Assembly (NCBI GenBank): GCA_913043225.1
Contig: CAJWLU010000006.1
Location: 45,465-109,464, forward strand
DNA from: an uncultured Acidobacteriota bacterium
GTDB lineage: Bacteria > Acidobacteriota > Vicinamibacteria > Vicinamibacterales > UBA8438
Direction: 5' to 3'
Length of the DNA stretch: 64,000 bases
A program made the translations under genes and the position numbers. The notes below the pieces were generated by a model. The model was not told where the DNA came from. It made no database searches and saw only the letters and a program-made list of their open reading frames with translations. This document shows positions 34,289-42,256 of the stretch, in pieces; the stretch's first letter is position 1; the number at the start of each line of letters is the position of its first letter.

Positions 34289-36352
34289 ATGCTGCCTCGT
34301 TCCCGCTACGTCGTCTTGGCCACATTGCTCGCGCTTGGTCTGGCCGGGGGCGTCGGCCTCCGGTCACAAGGGCCAACCGGCGGGTATCCCCGCAGCGACT
34401 GGCCTTTGGCCGGCGGAGACCGGTCGAGCACTCGGTATTCGGCCCTCACCGAGATCTCCACCGAGACGATCGAGCGTCTCGGAGGTGCCTGGGTGACGCG
34501 GTTTGAGGGGGGCGCGTCTTCACGTGCGACTCCGGTTGTTCAGGACGGCGTGCTGTACCTCACTGGCGGCGCGAACGTGTACGCGCTCGATGCGAGGAAT
34601 GGCGACCAGATCTGGCGCTGGCAGGCCCAGGACGGCAGCGGCATGGTGCCGTCGTGGCAGGGCGTCGGCTTGAGCGATGACCTGGTCTTCGTAGGGCTGC
34701 GGAGTGGCGAGGTGATGGCCCTTCGTAGGGATACGGGGGAGCAGGTCTGGAACGAACGGGTCGGTAGTGATCCGCATCAGGATGGCGAAGCTGTGACGTC
34801 GGCCCCGATGTATGCCCTGGGGCGAGTGTTCGTTGGGTTGGCCAACGGAGACACTGGGGGGCAGGGTCGGATCATTGCGCTCGACGCCGAAACTGGTCAG
34901 ACCCAGTGGACGTTCTTCATCGTTCCGCGCCCAGGCGAGTTCGGGCACGAGACCTGGCCGCAAGACTCGGACTCGTGGGAACTGGGTGGCGGTGGCGTGT
35001 GGCTGTTGGGTACCGTCGATCCGGAGCTGGGTCTGGTCTATTTCTCCACTGGTAACCCGGCCCCGATGTTCGGGGGTGAGATCCGCGAGGGCGACAACCT
35101 CTTTACCGCGTCGGTGCTGGCGTTGGACGTGGAGACGGGCGAACGGCGGTGGCATTACCAGGTGGTACGGCATGATGTCTGGGACGCAGACATCGCAACC
35201 CCGTTGCTGCTCTACGACCACGACACCGGGACCGGCGCACCGCGCAAGGCCGTGGCCGCCATGCGTGCCGATGGGATCCTGTTTCTTTTCGATCGAGAGA
35301 CCGGGGAGCCGTTGATCGAGATCGAGGAGCGCGAAGTCCCACAGGACGAGTACCAGAAGACGGCGCCAACCCAGCCGTTTCCGGTGGGCGTTGAGAGTAT
35401 TCTTCCCGACTGTTCGTACTGGCGCGACCGAGTGCCACCGCCCTTCGAACTCAGCTGCAGCAGCTACACCCCGCCGATGGTGAACGAACACACTATCGTG
35501 GCGCCGAATGTGCCTATTCCGCGGGTGCGGGTTACCCCGATGTCATTCAGTCCGCAGACCGGCTACATCTATGCTCAAGGCCGGGCCGTGGTCGGGCGCG
35601 CACGCCGGTTCGAAGATCCATTCCACTGGCGGCTCGACGACAACGAACTAACCCTGCCGGATCCGGTCGGGGTGCTGGCGGCGGTCGACACGCGCACCCA
35701 GGAAATTGTCTGGAAGCACGAAATGCCGGCGTCGTGGCTGGGCACGAGTGGTCCGCTGACCACGGCAGGAGGGTTGATGTTCAGAGCCTCGGCCGGCGGA
35801 CAGGTGGAGGCCTACGATGCTGCGAGTGGCGATCGGCTCTGGACCTTCCGGACGAGCCCGGAAGGGGCTATCGTGCGGCCGGGTCCGGCGAGCACCTATG
35901 AGGTCGACGACACGCAGTATCTGTTGATTCCGATGGGCGCTGAGCTGTGGGCGTTCGCGCTCGATGGCGAGATTCAGGCAAGGGGCGAGCCGATACTGGA
36001 TCCGTTCAACGGATATGAGCGGGCGCAGCCGCAGCCCACCCGGACCCGGCGGATCGAAACCGCGACGCTGGTCGAGGGAGTGCGAGGGATGGTGGGCGGC
36101 ACCCGCTATGGTTTCGACGAGCACCGGTTTAACCCAGTGCGCGCGCTTGTAACCCAGGGCACCCGCGTCCAGTTCATCAACAACGGCGAAGAGGCGCACA
36201 CCATCGCGGCGCGGGACGGGAGCTGGTCGACCGATGCCATCGAGAGCGCCGAGTGGGGCTATGCCACCTTCGACGAGGTAGGGACCTTCCTGTATCACTG
36301 CGCCGACCACCCGTGGGCGATTGGGCAGATCACGGTCGAGGCCGCAGAGTAG
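34289..36352 (+). CDS. PQQ-dependent dehydrogenase fused to C-terminal amicyanin-like cupredoxin domain, PQQ-4
   Basis: 687-aa ORF 47 nt after P3, with a signal peptide. Propeller repeats (ALDARNGDQIWRWQ, ALRRDTGEQVW, ALDAETGQTQW, ALDVETGERRWHYQ, LFDRETGEPL, AVDTRTQEIVW, AYDAASGDRLW). HDVWDADIATP region. The last ~100 aa read GTRVQFINNGEEAHTIAARDG...GTFLYHCADHPWAIGQITVE, a cupredoxin His...Cys-x2-His pattern. Confidence 0.9.
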   Translation: MLPRSRYVVLATLLALGLAGGVGLRSQGPTGGYPRSDWPLAGGDRSSTRYSALTEISTETIERLGGAWVTRFEGGASSRATPVVQDGVLYLTGGANVYALDARNGDQIWRWQAQDGSGMVPSWQGVGLSDDLVFVGLRSGEVMALRRDTGEQVWNERVGSDPHQDGEAVTSAPMYALGRVFVGLANGDTGGQGRIIALDAETGQTQWTFFIVPRPGEFGHETWPQDSDSWELGGGGVWLLGTVDPELGLVYFSTGNPAPMFGGEIREGDNLFTASVLALDVETGERRWHYQVVRHDVWDADIATPLLLYDHDTGTGAPRKAVAAMRADGILFLFDRETGEPLIEIEEREVPQDEYQKTAPTQPFPVGVESILPDCSYWRDRVPPPFELSCSSYTPPMVNEHTIVAPNVPIPRVRVTPMSFSPQTGYIYAQGRAVVGRARRFEDPFHWRLDDNELTLPDPVGVLAAVDTRTQEIVWKHEMPASWLGTSGPLTTAGGLMFRASAGGQVEAYDAASGDRLWTFRTSPEGAIVRPGPASTYEVDDTQYLLIPMGAELWAFALDGEIQARGEPILDPFNGYERAQPQPTRTRRIETATLVEGVRGMVGGTRYGFDEHRFNPVRALVTQGTRVQFINNGEEAHTIAARDGSWSTDAIESAEWGYATFDEVGTFLYHCADHPWAIGQITVEAAE

Positions 36353-36504
36353 TTGCGGCGCGGGGGCTACCCGGTGTCGACCGAGACGCCCGTGTAGAAC
36401 GCAGTGGTGCGGGAAGTGGCCGCCTGCGCCTCGGTGGCGTCGGTGCCAAAGGCGAGGGAGGCTCGCCCCCATCCCTCACTCGACCGAGCAATCAGTGCCT
36501 GGCC

Positions 36505-36999
36505 TTAGGGCGAGGCACTGAAGGCGTCCTCGTCGAGTCGCTCCTCACCGGCAAGATGACGGGACAGGCCGAGGAGCGCCAGCTCCCAGCCGACGCCGAG
36601 TGCGCCAGGTCCGTACTCGCTCCAGTGCGAAGAGGGTCGTGACGCGTGCGTGAGCGTCAGACGAGAGCCGGGCAAGTAATCGTCCAGGACGAGCTCGACC
36701 CAGCTGACGTCGTCCCCAAATTCCCAGGTCAGACCGAGTCGGGCCGACGGCTCGCACGAGACGATGTCGCCGCCGGCATTGCCCTCGAGCTGATAGCGGC
36801 CTCCCAGCGTCAGGGCACCCCGCACTGGGAGAAACCACTGGGCAATGCGGTCGGGCGTCGTCAGCACTTTCCAGAGCCTCTGCCGAGAGACCGGGAAGGT
36901 GCGGGTCAGGGTGACGTTGAGGGTCTGCTCGCCATGGCGGTGGCCGGAGGCCACGCGGCGGTCCACCGAGGCTTGGGGGTGAGCAGGGTTAAATCTCAT
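36505..36999 (-). CDS. SRPBCC/AHSA1-like protein (apparently truncated by a TAA; see findings)
   Basis: 164-aa ORF. TLTRTFPVSRQRLWKVLTTPDRIAQWF...VSCEPSARLGLTWEFGDDVSWVELVL reads like an SRPBCC domain. The frame stays open for 45 more codons after TAA 36505-36507. Confidence 0.75.
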   Translation of the reverse strand: MRFNPAHPQASVDRRVASGHRHGEQTLNVTLTRTFPVSRQRLWKVLTTPDRIAQWFLPVRGALTLGGRYQLEGNAGGDIVSCEPSARLGLTWEFGDDVSWVELVLDDYLPGSRLTLTHASRPSSHWSEYGPGALGVGWELALLGLSRHLAGEERLDEDAFSASP

Positions 37000-37023
37000 C
37001 CGGTGAGTATAGCCAGCGCGGCG

Positions 37024-37029
37024 TATAAT
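37024..37029 (+). promoter_or_regulatory. Candidate -10 box TATAAT (context GCGTATAATCGGC)
   Basis: Perfect TATAAT 35 nt upstream of ATG 37065 (PQQ-5), in the divergent gap 37000-37064. Confidence 0.4.
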
Positions 37030-37064
37030 CGGCCCCGATCTAAGCAGGCTAAGGTGGGGAAGCG

Positions 37065-38963
37065 ATGAAGCACAGTGCGGTCAGCATCATGCGGCATTTC
37101 CTGGCGGGTGTCGTACTCGTGACCCTCGCTGTATCAACGGTGTTGGCTCAGGACGACTGGCGGCATTGGGGGCGGGATTTGGGTAATCAACGGCATTCGC
37201 CGTTGACTCAGATCGACGCCGATAACGTCGATCAGCTTGAGCTAGCTTGGCGCTACGAGATGCCGCGGCCCGGCACGCCATCGCGGCCGGCGCAGTCGAC
37301 ACCGTTGATGGTCGACGGGGTCTTGTATCTCTCGTTCCCCTACTACCGGGTGGTCGCGGTGGTGCCAGAAACGGGCCAAGAACTGTGGGACTACACCGCG
37401 CCCGGACAGTGGGACTCGGCCGAGCACCAGCAGCACTGGACCGGAGGATCGATGCGGGGTCTGGCCTACTGGGATGGGCAGAATGGTATTGCGCCGCAGA
37501 TAGTGTTCGGAACCGAGGAAGGGGAGCTGATCTCACTGAACGCCGCCACTGGTATTCCCGGCGCCCACTTCGGGAACGACGGCTATGTAGATCTGAAGAC
37601 CGAGGACGTCATGAACGGCTTTCCGAATATGCACTACGGGATCGGTTCGGGCGTAGCCATCTACAAGCACCTGGTCTTCACCCCGGTTCACAACGCCGAC
37701 GAGACCGGCTCGAAGGGGCCAGCCGGCGACGTGCGCGCCTGGGATCTTCGGACTGGCGAACTGGTGTGGACGTTCCACACCGTGCCGCACCCCGGAGAGT
37801 TCGGCAACGACACCTGGCTGGATGGTTCGTGGGAGCGCGTCAGCGGAGCGAACACGTGGAGCTTCTTTACTATCGACGAGGAGCGCGGCATTCTCTATAT
37901 GCCTCTGGGGTCGGCGCTTAACGATTTCTATGGCATGGATCGGCCCGGCGACAACCTGTTCGCGAACTCCATCGTGGCAGTCGATGCGATGACAGGTGAA
38001 CGGCTGTGGCACTTCCAGGCCGTCCACCATGACCTGTGGGATCTCGACATGCCGGTGCCGCCGATCCTGTTCGATGTCGAACGGGATGGCGAGGCCATTC
38101 CTGCGGTCGGCGTGATGACGAAGTTTCCGGTGCTCTTCATCTTCAACCGAGTGACCGGCGAGCCAATCTACGAGATTGAGGAGCGTCCCGTCCCGGCGGG
38201 TAACATGCAGGGAGAGTATTACTCGCCGACCCAGCCCTTCCCGGTGAAGCCTCCGGTCTTCGGGCGGATCGATTTCACGATGGACGACATCGCCACGGTC
38301 ACCCCGGAGCACACCGCGGCGTGCCGCGAGCGACTGATGGCGTATGACGGTGGACGTAATCGGGGAGCCTACACGCCGCCATCGCTCGAGGGCGCGCTGG
38401 TGTTTCCGTCGACGGGCGGAGGAACCGAGTTTACCGGTGGGACGTTTGATCCGGAACTGGGCTACTACATCATCAATTATGCCGACACCGGCCACATCAG
38501 CACGCTGGAGCCGGTGGGTGTGAACTCGGATCGGCGAGGGTACGTGGGCCCGCCTGAGTCACGTCGGCGGTACTGGCACATCGTTGACCGGTTGAGCGTC
38601 GACGGCTGGCCCTGCTGGCAGCCACCCTGGTCGCAACTGGTGGCCGTCGATGTCAACAGCGGTGAGATCGCCTGGAAAATTCCGTTTGGTACCGTTGAGG
38701 GGGCGCCGCCCGGACTGCTCACTGGGGCTCCGAACTCCCAGAAGGGCGGCCCCACGTCGACCGCCGCAGGGATTTTCTTCATCGGCGGCGCCTCGGACCG
38801 GATGTTTCGCGCCTATGAAACCAAGACCGGGCGCGAGTTGTGGAGTGTCGAGACCGAGCAGATGATCAGCGGGTCGAATCCGATTGTCTACATGGGGGAG
38901 GACGGCAAGCAGTATGTGGCCGTGGCTGCGGGCACGACATTGTTGGCCTATGCCCTGCCGTGA
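37065..38963 (+). CDS. PQQ-dependent dehydrogenase (glucose/quinate-dehydrogenase-like, soluble), PQQ-5
   Basis: 632-aa ORF with a signal peptide. Propeller repeats (VVPETGQELWDY, SLNAATGIP, AWDLRTGELVW, AVDAMTGERLWHFQ, IFNRVTGEPIY, AVDVNSGEIAW, AYETKTGRELW). HHDLWDLDMP region. Confidence 0.88.
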   Translation: MKHSAVSIMRHFLAGVVLVTLAVSTVLAQDDWRHWGRDLGNQRHSPLTQIDADNVDQLELAWRYEMPRPGTPSRPAQSTPLMVDGVLYLSFPYYRVVAVVPETGQELWDYTAPGQWDSAEHQQHWTGGSMRGLAYWDGQNGIAPQIVFGTEEGELISLNAATGIPGAHFGNDGYVDLKTEDVMNGFPNMHYGIGSGVAIYKHLVFTPVHNADETGSKGPAGDVRAWDLRTGELVWTFHTVPHPGEFGNDTWLDGSWERVSGANTWSFFTIDEERGILYMPLGSALNDFYGMDRPGDNLFANSIVAVDAMTGERLWHFQAVHHDLWDLDMPVPPILFDVERDGEAIPAVGVMTKFPVLFIFNRVTGEPIYEIEERPVPAGNMQGEYYSPTQPFPVKPPVFGRIDFTMDDIATVTPEHTAACRERLMAYDGGRNRGAYTPPSLEGALVFPSTGGGTEFTGGTFDPELGYYIINYADTGHISTLEPVGVNSDRRGYVGPPESRRRYWHIVDRLSVDGWPCWQPPWSQLVAVDVNSGEIAWKIPFGTVEGAPPGLLTGAPNSQKGGPTSTAAGIFFIGGASDRMFRAYETKTGRELWSVETEQMISGSNPIVYMGEDGKQYVAVAAGTTLLAYALP

Positions 38964-38965
38964 GG

Positions 38966-39910
38966 ATGGCCATGCGAAGCCTTGCTGCTGTTCTCCTAGT
39001 CGGTGCGCTCGGCGTGACCTCTTGCGGTGGGTTTGTTCCGGAAGAGGTTGATAGCCTGCCAGAGGCGGCGGTCCCGGCTCGTCCGATGTTGCCGAGTGGT
39101 GAGGCGCTTCCCGCGCACTACGGGTCGGTGGGCGATCTGGCCGAACGGGGCGAGTTCTACGCTTCGGGTGGCGAAACCGAGCTGCGCGAGCACGACGGTA
39201 GTCACTACCATGGGTACGACGGCCCGCTTGTGTGGGCGGATGAGGGACCAGGGAGCGGGTCGCAGGGCCTGGTTTACGGTGTGGAAGACGGCGTCGTGGT
39301 CTCGGCGGGCTACCTCCTGGCGCAGGATGATCTAGCCGCGGGACGCAGCTTCCACGGCATGACCCTGCGCGAGATGGACCTGCCAGCTGTGCGGTCGATG
39401 ACTGTCGACCTGATTCCGGGCGACGGCTCAGCCGGCGGGCACTATCTGTTTTTGTGGCATTTTGCCGACAGCCCAGCTGGGGCACTCGACGTTGGGCAGC
39501 TTCCACCCCGTGGCGAGCTGTCAGATGGCTACACCGTGATTGCGTGCGATCACGTGCCAGATACCAGGTTCTGTCCCGGCATGGGCCGGCACTACACCGA
39601 TCTCTCGGTGACTACCGGAGGGCCGGCGTTCAGCCGTCAACCGTCCGACACGGGGACGGCCGGCGTAATCTTCGGCGAGGCGGCCGAGAAGCTGATCTTC
39701 ATCGAGTACGTGTTTGGTCAGGCGGATCTCATCCAGGGCATGTCGTGGCCGGCCATTCCGCTCGACGACCTATCGATCCCGCCAATCGATAATATCCATG
39801 TTCTGCATTTTGGCACGGACGATTCAAGAGAAGGTCGCTATACGGTGCACATGTACTTTCTGCCCGAAGAGGTGTACCTCGCCTGGGACACCGAGCCGGA
39901 GACCCTTTAG
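38966..39910 (+). CDS. Hypothetical lipoprotein
   Basis: ORF 38840-39910. ATG 38966 (3 nt after the PQQ-5 stop) gives MAMRSLAAVLLVGALGVTSCGG (lipobox). His-rich segments (HDGSHYHGYDG, GMGRHY, TVHMYF). No family recognised. Confidence 0.65.
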   Translation: MAMRSLAAVLLVGALGVTSCGGFVPEEVDSLPEAAVPARPMLPSGEALPAHYGSVGDLAERGEFYASGGETELREHDGSHYHGYDGPLVWADEGPGSGSQGLVYGVEDGVVVSAGYLLAQDDLAAGRSFHGMTLREMDLPAVRSMTVDLIPGDGSAGGHYLFLWHFADSPAGALDVGQLPPRGELSDGYTVIACDHVPDTRFCPGMGRHYTDLSVTTGGPAFSRQPSDTGTAGVIFGEAAEKLIFIEYVFGQADLIQGMSWPAIPLDDLSIPPIDNIHVLHFGTDDSREGRYTVHMYFLPEEVYLAWDTEPETL

Positions 39911-39928
39911 TGCACCGGCTTCTCCGCA

Positions 39929-39934
39929 TATAAT
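39929..39934 (+). promoter_or_regulatory. Candidate -10 box TATAAT
   Basis: Perfect TATAAT in the 95-nt gap, 71 nt upstream of ATG 40006. Confidence 0.35.
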
Positions 39935-40005
39935 GTCGCCCTGAGATGCGTCAACTTGTTGCTCGCAGCGGGTCTTCCGACTGCGACCATCATACGGAGG
40001 TCGAG

Positions 40006-41199
40006 ATGACCGGTTCATCGATTGGCCGTCTGTCATTGACTGCCCTGGCTGGCGTGTTCATCGCCGTGTCGGCGAGTGCACAGGCAGTGAAGAAGCTCGA
40101 CTCGTACGACGGCGTCGAAGTGCGACTGCTGCAAAGCAACAATGCAGGCACCGTCCAGCACATTATCGACCCCGAGATCAACGAGGTGGTCGGCATCATT
40201 CACGGCTGTCCGAATCCGCACAACGTCACGCTAGGCCCTGACAGCAAGCACTACTACTGCGCGAACGAACTCGAAGAGACGGTCGACGTGTTCGATACGA
40301 AGACCCTCGACCTGGTCACCCAGATTCCGCTGTCGGCACGGCCGAACAAGGTGGCGATCAATAAGAGGCATCGGAAGGCCTATGTGGCCATCGCCCGACG
40401 CTCGGCGAATCCTGGCCCCGGTGTCACGGTGGACCCGAACGGCCGCTTTCCATCGTTGGTGGACGTGATCGACATCGACACCCACGCGCTGGTCAAAAGC
40501 ATCGAAGTGTTCAGCGTCGTCCACAACGTGTTCGTCACGCCCGATGAGAATCACGTGGTGGCAGGCCTTCGGGGTTCGGTGGAGTCCGGGCAGCCCACTA
40601 TTCAGGTAATCGACCCAGTCACCGACACTGTGGTGCGCGGTCTTGAGCTGACCGGCTACGAGCAGTACGGCCGAACGCATCACGAGGTGCGGCCGATGGC
40701 ATTCCTCGCCAACGAGGACGGCTCGACCAAGTGGCTGTTCGCGCAGGCGACCGCCATCAATCGAATCTGGGTACTCGACTGGGAGACCGGCGAGAATGTC
40801 GACTTCCTGGTCCCGCCCGCGCTGCCGCTGTGGGAGAAGAACGCCGACGGCATCCAGACCGGTGACATGCACGGACTCGAGGTGCTGCCGGACAAGTCGG
40901 CTGTCTGGGCCTCGAGCCGGCTCGACAGTCGGATCTATGGGTGGAGCTTGCCCGACTTGAGCTTCATCGGGAGCGTGATCGTGGGACCGAGTGCAAACTG
41001 GATGACGGCCACACCAGACAGCAAGTACATGTATGTGGCGGTGTCGGGCGCAGACCACACACTCGCCATCGACCTCGCGAAGCAGCAGATCGTTGGCAAG
41101 ATCAAGGCTGGCGCGCGTCCCGCACGAATCGCTACAGCAGTACTGCCGCCGGATCGGGTGAACCCCCGCGGCACGGGCATGGCGGAGGAGAACGAATGA
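40006..41199 (+). CDS. YVTN-type beta-propeller protein, exported
   Basis: ORF 39946-41199. ATG 40006 is preceded by ACGGAGG. Signal peptide (LTALAGVFIAVSASAQA). Repeats VDVFDTKTLDLVTQIPLSARPNKVAIN, VDVIDIDTHALV, IQVIDPVTDTVV, LAIDLAKQQIV. Confidence 0.7.
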   Translation: MTGSSIGRLSLTALAGVFIAVSASAQAVKKLDSYDGVEVRLLQSNNAGTVQHIIDPEINEVVGIIHGCPNPHNVTLGPDSKHYYCANELEETVDVFDTKTLDLVTQIPLSARPNKVAINKRHRKAYVAIARRSANPGPGVTVDPNGRFPSLVDVIDIDTHALVKSIEVFSVVHNVFVTPDENHVVAGLRGSVESGQPTIQVIDPVTDTVVRGLELTGYEQYGRTHHEVRPMAFLANEDGSTKWLFAQATAINRIWVLDWETGENVDFLVPPALPLWEKNADGIQTGDMHGLEVLPDKSAVWASSRLDSRIYGWSLPDLSFIGSVIVGPSANWMTATPDSKYMYVAVSGADHTLAIDLAKQQIVGKIKAGARPARIATAVLPPDRVNPRGTGMAEENE

Positions 41200-42053
41200 C
41201 GACCCGGCGGGCGGCACACTCCGTGACACGGGCCGGACTTGGTCTTGCGCTCGGGATGGCAGCGGTGGGAGCCAGCCTCGTCGCGCGGCCGGCCGGGGCC
41301 CAGAACTTTCCGGTCTCCGGTGATGTAGACACCTACCGCGAGACGATAGAGGCTGTCTTCCTTGAGGACCGGGGCGGCACGACTGGGCGCTTTGCGTCGT
41401 GTGTGATGTGCCACACGTGGCAGACGAGTGTTCGCTTCAGTCTGGAGACACCGGAGAGCGCTGAGGGTTGGAGCAGCGAGCAGTCGCGGCGCAATCTTGA
41501 CGTGGTCGGCCAGCTGATTAACACGCAGGATCCGGCGAGCAGCCGGTTGCTTCTGAAGCCGCTCGCGAACGATGCGGGCGGTCTGCCGCACACGGGAGGC
41601 ACGTTCTGGGAGTCGACCGACGACCCGGAGTATGGACGGGTGCTTCAGTGGATCCAGAGCCTGCCGGATAATCAGTTTGTCCCCGAACCGGAGCCGGAAC
41701 TCGACTTCGAATTCTTCCGCGCCTGTGTGCAGCAGGTATTCGCGAACCCGCGTGATGGCCAGTTGCCGTGTAGCCGATGCCACTCTGGCGGTCTTATCGG
41801 ATTCGCGCCGGCGCCCGGACGTGGCGATACCTGGACTGAAGAGGAGGCACGGCGTGCCTACCAATTGATCACCCGCGTGATCACGCCGGGCAACCCGGAG
41901 CAGAGTCGGTTCATGATCAAGCCGCTCCATCCTGACGGCGGTGGCGCCTACACCCATAACGGGCCGCGGCGGTGGCAGAGTCAGGCCGACGCGGAATGGC
42001 AGATGCTGGCTAGCTGGGTGCGTGGCGAACGCTCCGGGTCAAGCTGTTCGTAG
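41196..42053 (+). CDS. Dihaem c-type cytochrome (Planctomycete-cytochrome-c-like repeats), exported
   Basis: ORF 40941-42053. ATG 41196 overlaps the upstream TGA (ATGA). Leader MTTRRAAHSVTRAGLGLALGMAAVGASLVARPAGAQ. Two CXXCH motifs (CVMCH, CSRCH). Each is followed by a similar S(S/Q)R(L/F)(L/M)(L/I)KPL...GG..H(T/N)GG-type segment. Confidence 0.75.
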   Translation: MTTRRAAHSVTRAGLGLALGMAAVGASLVARPAGAQNFPVSGDVDTYRETIEAVFLEDRGGTTGRFASCVMCHTWQTSVRFSLETPESAEGWSSEQSRRNLDVVGQLINTQDPASSRLLLKPLANDAGGLPHTGGTFWESTDDPEYGRVLQWIQSLPDNQFVPEPEPELDFEFFRACVQQVFANPRDGQLPCSRCHSGGLIGFAPAPGRGDTWTEEEARRAYQLITRVITPGNPEQSRFMIKPLHPDGGGAYTHNGPRRWQSQADAEWQMLASWVRGERSGSSCS

Positions 42054-42100
42054 AGAGGGCACACTCGGTATCGGGCAGGCCTGGCAGCTGTATTTGAGAA

Positions 42101-42137
42101 GGGGTTGCGTCCCGAGGAGGGCGCAGCCCCTTTTTTG
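42101..42137 (+). terminator. Rho-independent terminator
   Basis: GGGGTTGCGTCC (42101-42112) pairs with GGGCGCAGCCCC (42119-42130), 12 bp including two G-U pairs. Hexaloop CGAGGA, followed by TTTTTT (42131-42136). Lies 48 nt after the cytochrome c stop. Confidence 0.8.
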
Positions 42138-42215
42138 TGTCTGTCATGTGCCGGGCCGCGAATTCATGAGTCCTTCTGTGGCTGCTCAGTCTGGGTAACT
42201 CGTTGCGGTGCCCGG

Positions 42216-42221
42216 TATGAT
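42216..42221 (+). promoter_or_regulatory. Candidate -10 box TATGAT (context CCGGTATGATC)
   Basis: 35 nt upstream of ATG 42257. The context differs by one base from CCGGTATAATC at 5971 and 43625. Confidence 0.35.
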
Positions 42222-42256
42222 CTGCCGTATCGGTACTTCCTCCGACGGAGGTCGCA

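Noticed and set aside
34289-36352. Calling lanthanide dependence from the D-x-D pattern near the catalytic Asp (WDADIA in PQQ-4; WDLD in PQQ-2/-5/-7).
   Set aside because: As I recall, the same W-D-x-D arrangement is normal in the glucose-dehydrogenase branch and is diagnostic only within the XoxF/MxaF/ExaF clades. PQQ-1, the only Cys-Cys-type enzyme, has WDYTAT (no extra Asp). No claim is possible without a phylogeny.
40006-42053. YVTN propeller + dihaem cytochrome as a methylamine-dehydrogenase-like or quinohemoprotein amine dehydrogenase system. The amicyanin-like domains elsewhere in the window made this tempting.
   Set aside because: No small TTQ/CTQ subunit gene and no radical-SAM or mauE/D-type maturation genes are nearby. 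The cytochrome is far shorter than a QhpA-type subunit.
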